Source: the human T2T-CHM13v2.0 reference genome, Homo sapiens
DNA: 64,000 nt
Assembly (NCBI RefSeq): GCF_009914755.1
Contig: NC_060925.1
Direction: 5' to 3' (one strand)
How positions within the stretch are numbered: the first letter of the stretch is position 1; each line of letters begins with the position of its first letter. Of the stretch, positions 59,414 through 64,000 are shown piece by piece. The notes below the pieces were generated by a model. The model saw only the letters and a list, made by a program, of their open reading frames with translations, did not search any database and was not told the DNA's origin. The position numbers and the translations under genes were made by a program.

Positions 59414-61159
59414 CCACCACCTCTTGGGCTCCCAAAAGGAACAGTGTTCTTGTCCCTTGAATGTCACAGCTGGGAGGAGCCTTGGCAATCCCCTGACCCA
59501 GTCCTCTCATTAACTCCCGAGGACACTGAGTCCCAGGGAGTGGAAGTGGTTGATCCAGGGTCACAAAACAATAAGTAGCCAAGCCAGACCTAGAACTCAG
59601 GAGTTCTGGATCCAGCATCCTTTTGTGCTGCCAGGGATCATGTGGGGGTGGGGAGTGACCCTGTTGATGCCTGTCAGTCCCGCAATAACAATACTCCGCC
59701 CGCTCCCCTCCTTGGCCTTCTAGGAAGCAGAGCTTTGGAAATAAATCCACCTCCTTCACACTCCTCTTCCACTCCTCAGCCACAGTGCAGGTGTGCGTGC
59801 TAGGAAGTTAGCAGAGCTCTCTGGGCTGGCAGATAATCTCTCCTGACTCACAGGCCCCCTGAGCCAGCCCCTCTGCAAGGAAAGCCAGCCCTGAGGCTCC
59901 TCCCCACTGCTCCCCTGCTCAGGAACCCCAAGGCCCAGGCCCGAACTTTAAACACCTAACCCAACTGTGCCTCAGTCCCACCTGAAGCTGTGGATAGCCC
60001 CAAAAGCGGGAAGCCCTGGAGGGGAGGTCCAGCAGCAGCAGGTGACAAGAATCTTCCTTAAAACACACACACACACACAGACACCCTCAGCCACATCGTG
60101 GCCAACTCTTCTGATTGGGATTGAATCACTGATGCAGCAAGATGCTCAGGATGACACAGCAAAGCTGTAAATAAATGGCTCCCAAAACCACTGTGCCTAC
60201 CCTCCTCTTTCAACCCTTTTCTTCTTACTCTTAGAGGTTACCTTAGGATCGCTCTCAGGCCAACTGAACCAGAAGGAACGGGTAGGAGGTGGGTCACTGC
60301 AGGATACACAGAGAAACTACCATGGTCCTTGACTCGTTCCAACCTCCCTTCCTGTTCCCAGCAGACCACACACAAGCTCATACACATGCATACATGTGCT
60401 CAAACACACACGTGTGTAGAAGCACTTGCAAACACATGCGTGCACACATACATGCACACACGTGCACACATGTGAGCAAACACATGCTTTCACACATGCA
60501 ATGTATAAATAAACCACAAACAGTGCACATACCTGTCATGCCTGCCTGTATGCACATGTATACACATGTGTGCGCACATGCATTCACACACACCCACACT
60601 CCACTCATGTCTCCTCACTGGCACGCAGGGATTACTGAGTCCACCTGCCTCCTGTGTGAATGGCCAACAAATCAGTCTTAGGGGCTCCACTTATGGGCGA
60701 GGAGGGAGCAAGGTTAAGGAAAATTGGAGCTAGACCCTGAAACTGGATGGGAGAGAATAACAGAGAACTGGGCTACAAAACAGCAAACCCAAACCCCACG
60801 TTACCATTCTCCCTCCCCCACAAAAACAACTTTCTTGTGAAGAAGAAAAACTAATTCAGAGCACCGTAGAGTGTCTACTTGTGAGTCCTGTCCTGCCCCC
60901 TGCATCGCCTGCGGCTTTGATGGGTTGACCCTGAGTCTTTCAGCTGATGTCAATGGTTAGTGCTGGGTGGAATACTCAGCTTGTAACTTGGAGGACAAAG
61001 CCCAGGTGCCCTACCTTGGAACCCGTGTGTGATTTTCAAAGCTGTCTATGGGTAGCTTGGTCAGAGGGGAAAAAAGCAACAGGATCAACATTTACAAACA
61101 GGGCCTGGAGCTCCCATGTAGCTGACTCGCATCATTTCTGTCTTTTTCCTGGGCAACAG

Positions 61160-61293
61160 TTCTGGCAGCACAGTGAGTGGCTGGACGTGGTGATCGATGA
61201 CCGCCTGCCCACCTTCAGGGACCGCTTGGTTTTCCTCCACTCTGCCGACCACAATGAGTTCTGGAGCGCCTTGCTGGAAAAAGCCTACGCCAA
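61160..61293 (+). CDS. CAPN9: Calpain-9 exon 4 (134 nt); gene continues beyond window
   Basis: [45 protein letters not shown], conserved calpain motifs. Acceptor caacag, donor AA|gtgagt. Confidence 0.97.
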
Positions 61294-61739
61294 GTGAGTG
61301 ACAGCTTCCCCAGCTCAGGCAGCCTCCCGACAGGAGTCTCTACACTAGTCTTTGTAGTGAGCATCTAAGGGCTGGGAAAAAAATCAGGGCTCTGGGTTTG
61401 CAGGTGAGGCTCGGCAGGACCCAACCCTCTCAGGGCTCAAGCGGGGTTGGAGGTGGTTTTCCTGTCGTAGCCTAGATGTGCCCATCTTTGGGAGCAGTCG
61501 CTACATTCATGACCCTTTTTCTCCCTGGGCCATGAATCTGGCCTTTGGAAGAGCTGGGAAGGCAAGCGGAGGGGAATTCTGGCTGTGCCGACAGCACTTA
61601 GTGCTTCACACTTCCCTCGGACACTGGCATGGCTCAAACATCTGGGCTATTACGCACGTGGATATAGAGACATCAATTGTCCGTCCTACGGGATGCTTCT
61701 TTTTTATTTTTAAAAAATCGTATATGACATATCGATAAA

Positions 61740-62000
61740 TAATCGTATATGATAAAATGTATATGACATAAATTTTACCATTTTTAAGTGTGCAGTTGAG
61801 TAGCATTAAGTACATCCATGTTGTTGTGCAGCTATCACCACGATCTATCTCCAGCACTTTTTCATCTTGCAAAACTGAAATTCTGTCCCTATTAACAAAT
61901 AACTTCCTATTCCTCCCTTCCCCCAGCCCCTGGCAACACCACTCTACTTTCTGTTTTTATGATTTATCTAGTCTAGGAACCTCATATAAGTGGAACCAAG
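61740..62000 (-). mobile_element. L1MB-type 3' fragment
   Basis: aaatttaccatttttaagtg...cagcccctggcaac...ctaggaacctcatataagtggaa. Confidence 0.7.
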
Positions 62001-62599
62001 AAATTCATTTTTAATCACCAGCCAAATGGCCTCAGTTTCCTCAGGCTCTCAATTTCCAGCCCACTAGCTCGTTAGTGAAAGGCCACAACAGCCTGAATTT
62101 GATCCACAGATGATGGCAGAGCTCCTGGGAGCCACTTTCAGGTTCAGCCTGGATCTTCAAGCCATGAGAATACTATCCCCAGAGACAGAAGCAAGGATGG
62201 TCTTGCTTCTACCTCCAAGTGGGACATAAAAGTGGCAAAATAGAGGGGAGTCATACTGTGGTTAAATTAATCCTGAAATCAGCAGGACAGAATTAAAGCC
62301 ATCAAATAAGAACCAAAGATGCCCACGCTTGCCCTCTGTCCCACCCAGGTCTGTGCAAACACCATCAGTGCCACCAGACAGGCTTAAGGGGACAAAGGGC
62401 ACTGTTTCCAAGTCCAGTGGGTGGGACCCAAGCCCACCTCTGCCCCTTGGTGAGTGCCCCCCACATCAGGATGCAAGCAAGGCAACAGCAACTGTGTGCC
62501 ATCTAGTTTCTAAACATAAAAAAGATTTATTGGGGTCATTTAAAAAGGCCAAAAATGGTTGGCAGAACAGCTCACCAAAAAAAAACTGTATAGATGGTG

Positions 62600-63040
62600 T
62601 TATGGTTAGTTTTATGTGTCAACTTGATTGGGCCAAGGGATGCCCAGATAGCTGGTGAAGCATTATTTCTGGGTGTGTCTGTGAGAGTGTTTCTGGAGAA
62701 AATAGCTTTTGAATCAGTAGACTGAGTAAAGAGGATTGCTGCCACCAATGTGGACGAGCATTATTCAGTTTGTTAAAGATCCAAATAAAAGAAAACGACA
62801 AAGGAAGGGTGAATTCCCTTTCCCTACTTGAACTGGGACATCCATATTCCCCTGCTCTTGGACATTGGAGCTCCTCGTTCTCAAACCTTTGGACTCAAAC
62901 TTGGACTTACATCATCAACCCCCCAATTCTCAGGCCTTTGGACTCAAACTGAATGATACCACCAGCTTTCCTGGTTCTCCAGTTTGCAAATGGCAGATTG
63001 TGAGATTTCTTGGCGTCCGTAACTATGAGAGCCAATTTCA
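62600..63040 (+). mobile_element. MLT2-like ERVL LTR
   Basis: ttttatgtgtcaacttgattgggccaagggatgcccagatagctggt...attatttctgggtgtgtctgtgag. Confidence 0.7.
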
Positions 63041-63719
63041 AACGTATGAAATAACCTCATTGAAGGGGTTGGAGAGAAAGGTGCTGACCTAAGTAACTTT
63101 GGAAATCAGTGGAGTCTGTAAGATTAAAGGCAAAAGAAACTGTACGTGAGTGCTATGCTCTAGTTGCTAAAATTGTTTCTTGAAGGAGTACAAATGAAAA
63201 ATTGATCTAATTATACATGTATATTGAGCTGAACAATCGAGTGAACGGATGGTGGATGGCGGGAGCCGAGTTTCTCACTGTTGGATTGAGAGGTTACAGA
63301 TAGGCAAGGGGAGGAGGCCAGAATGATCCATGCAGATTAGAGTTGGAGATTCCAGAATGAACTTAGATTTAGCTTAACAGAGATGGTTATGTAGAGATAC
63401 ATGGATCTGTACATGGGTTATCATACACATATATATTGATCTATACTTGGGTTATCATACACATATGTATTTCCTTGCTTTGTCAGTGAGAGGAACTAGA
63501 AGCAATGACAATCCTGTGGCAACAAGCACACCTATGTCTCAAGTCTTGGTTTCTAAGATCATTCTTCAATCAAAGGAACTGGGGCTTCTTGGAGATAAGG
63601 CTGATTCTAGGACTGGGGCATACACACATACATACATATATATACACATACATATATACATACATACATAAAATGAACCTAGATCATCTTATAGTGCCAG
63701 AAAATGAGAACACATGCAA

Positions 63720-63720
<1 letters not shown>

Positions 63721-63765
<45 letters not shown>
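63721..63765 (+). repeat. (AC)n microsatellite
   Basis: About 22 AC units. Confidence 0.95.
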
Positions 63766-63767
<2 letters not shown>

Positions 63768-63860
63768 TGAGGTTATGCCAAAAGGACACAAGAGCATACT
63801 GAAGGAGCTCCAAACAGCCAAAGCTAGAAGAATTCAACCAACGAAATAGACAAAGCACTA

Positions 63861-64000
<140 letters not shown>

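Overview
Human (hominid) genomic DNA from the AGT-CAPN9 locus (1q42). The left part holds the complete angiotensinogen gene AGT on the minus strand. It has five exons: non-coding exon 1 at ~12640-12674 and CDS join 8550-9405, 4487-4754, 2747-2891, 1695-1883 = 1458 nt, 485 aa. The TATA promoter, STAT sites and two polyA signals are visible, and the haplotype is -6A/-20A/235Thr. A ~33 kb intergenic region is packed with Alu, L1, MaLR, ERV LTR and DNA-transposon remnants. The right part holds exons 1-4 of calpain-9 (CAPN9, + strand, divergent from AGT), including the catalytic Cys97 codon. The most unusual element is a 361-bp HERV-K LTR5-derived palindrome 2.8 kb upstream of AGT. It has two U3 ends (149-bp arms, 2 mismatches) and a near-perfect 6-bp target-site duplication. 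Other points of interest: a MaLR LTR splice donor that could act as a distal AGT first exon, a decayed copy of CAPN9 exon 2 with an intact donor, a duplicated ~190-bp module in CAPN9 intron 1, a fold-back Alu rearrangement, and a MaLR provirus lacking its 5' LTR. No new protein-coding system is supported. Repeat subfamily names come from recognition by eye and need RepeatMasker/Dfam confirmation.
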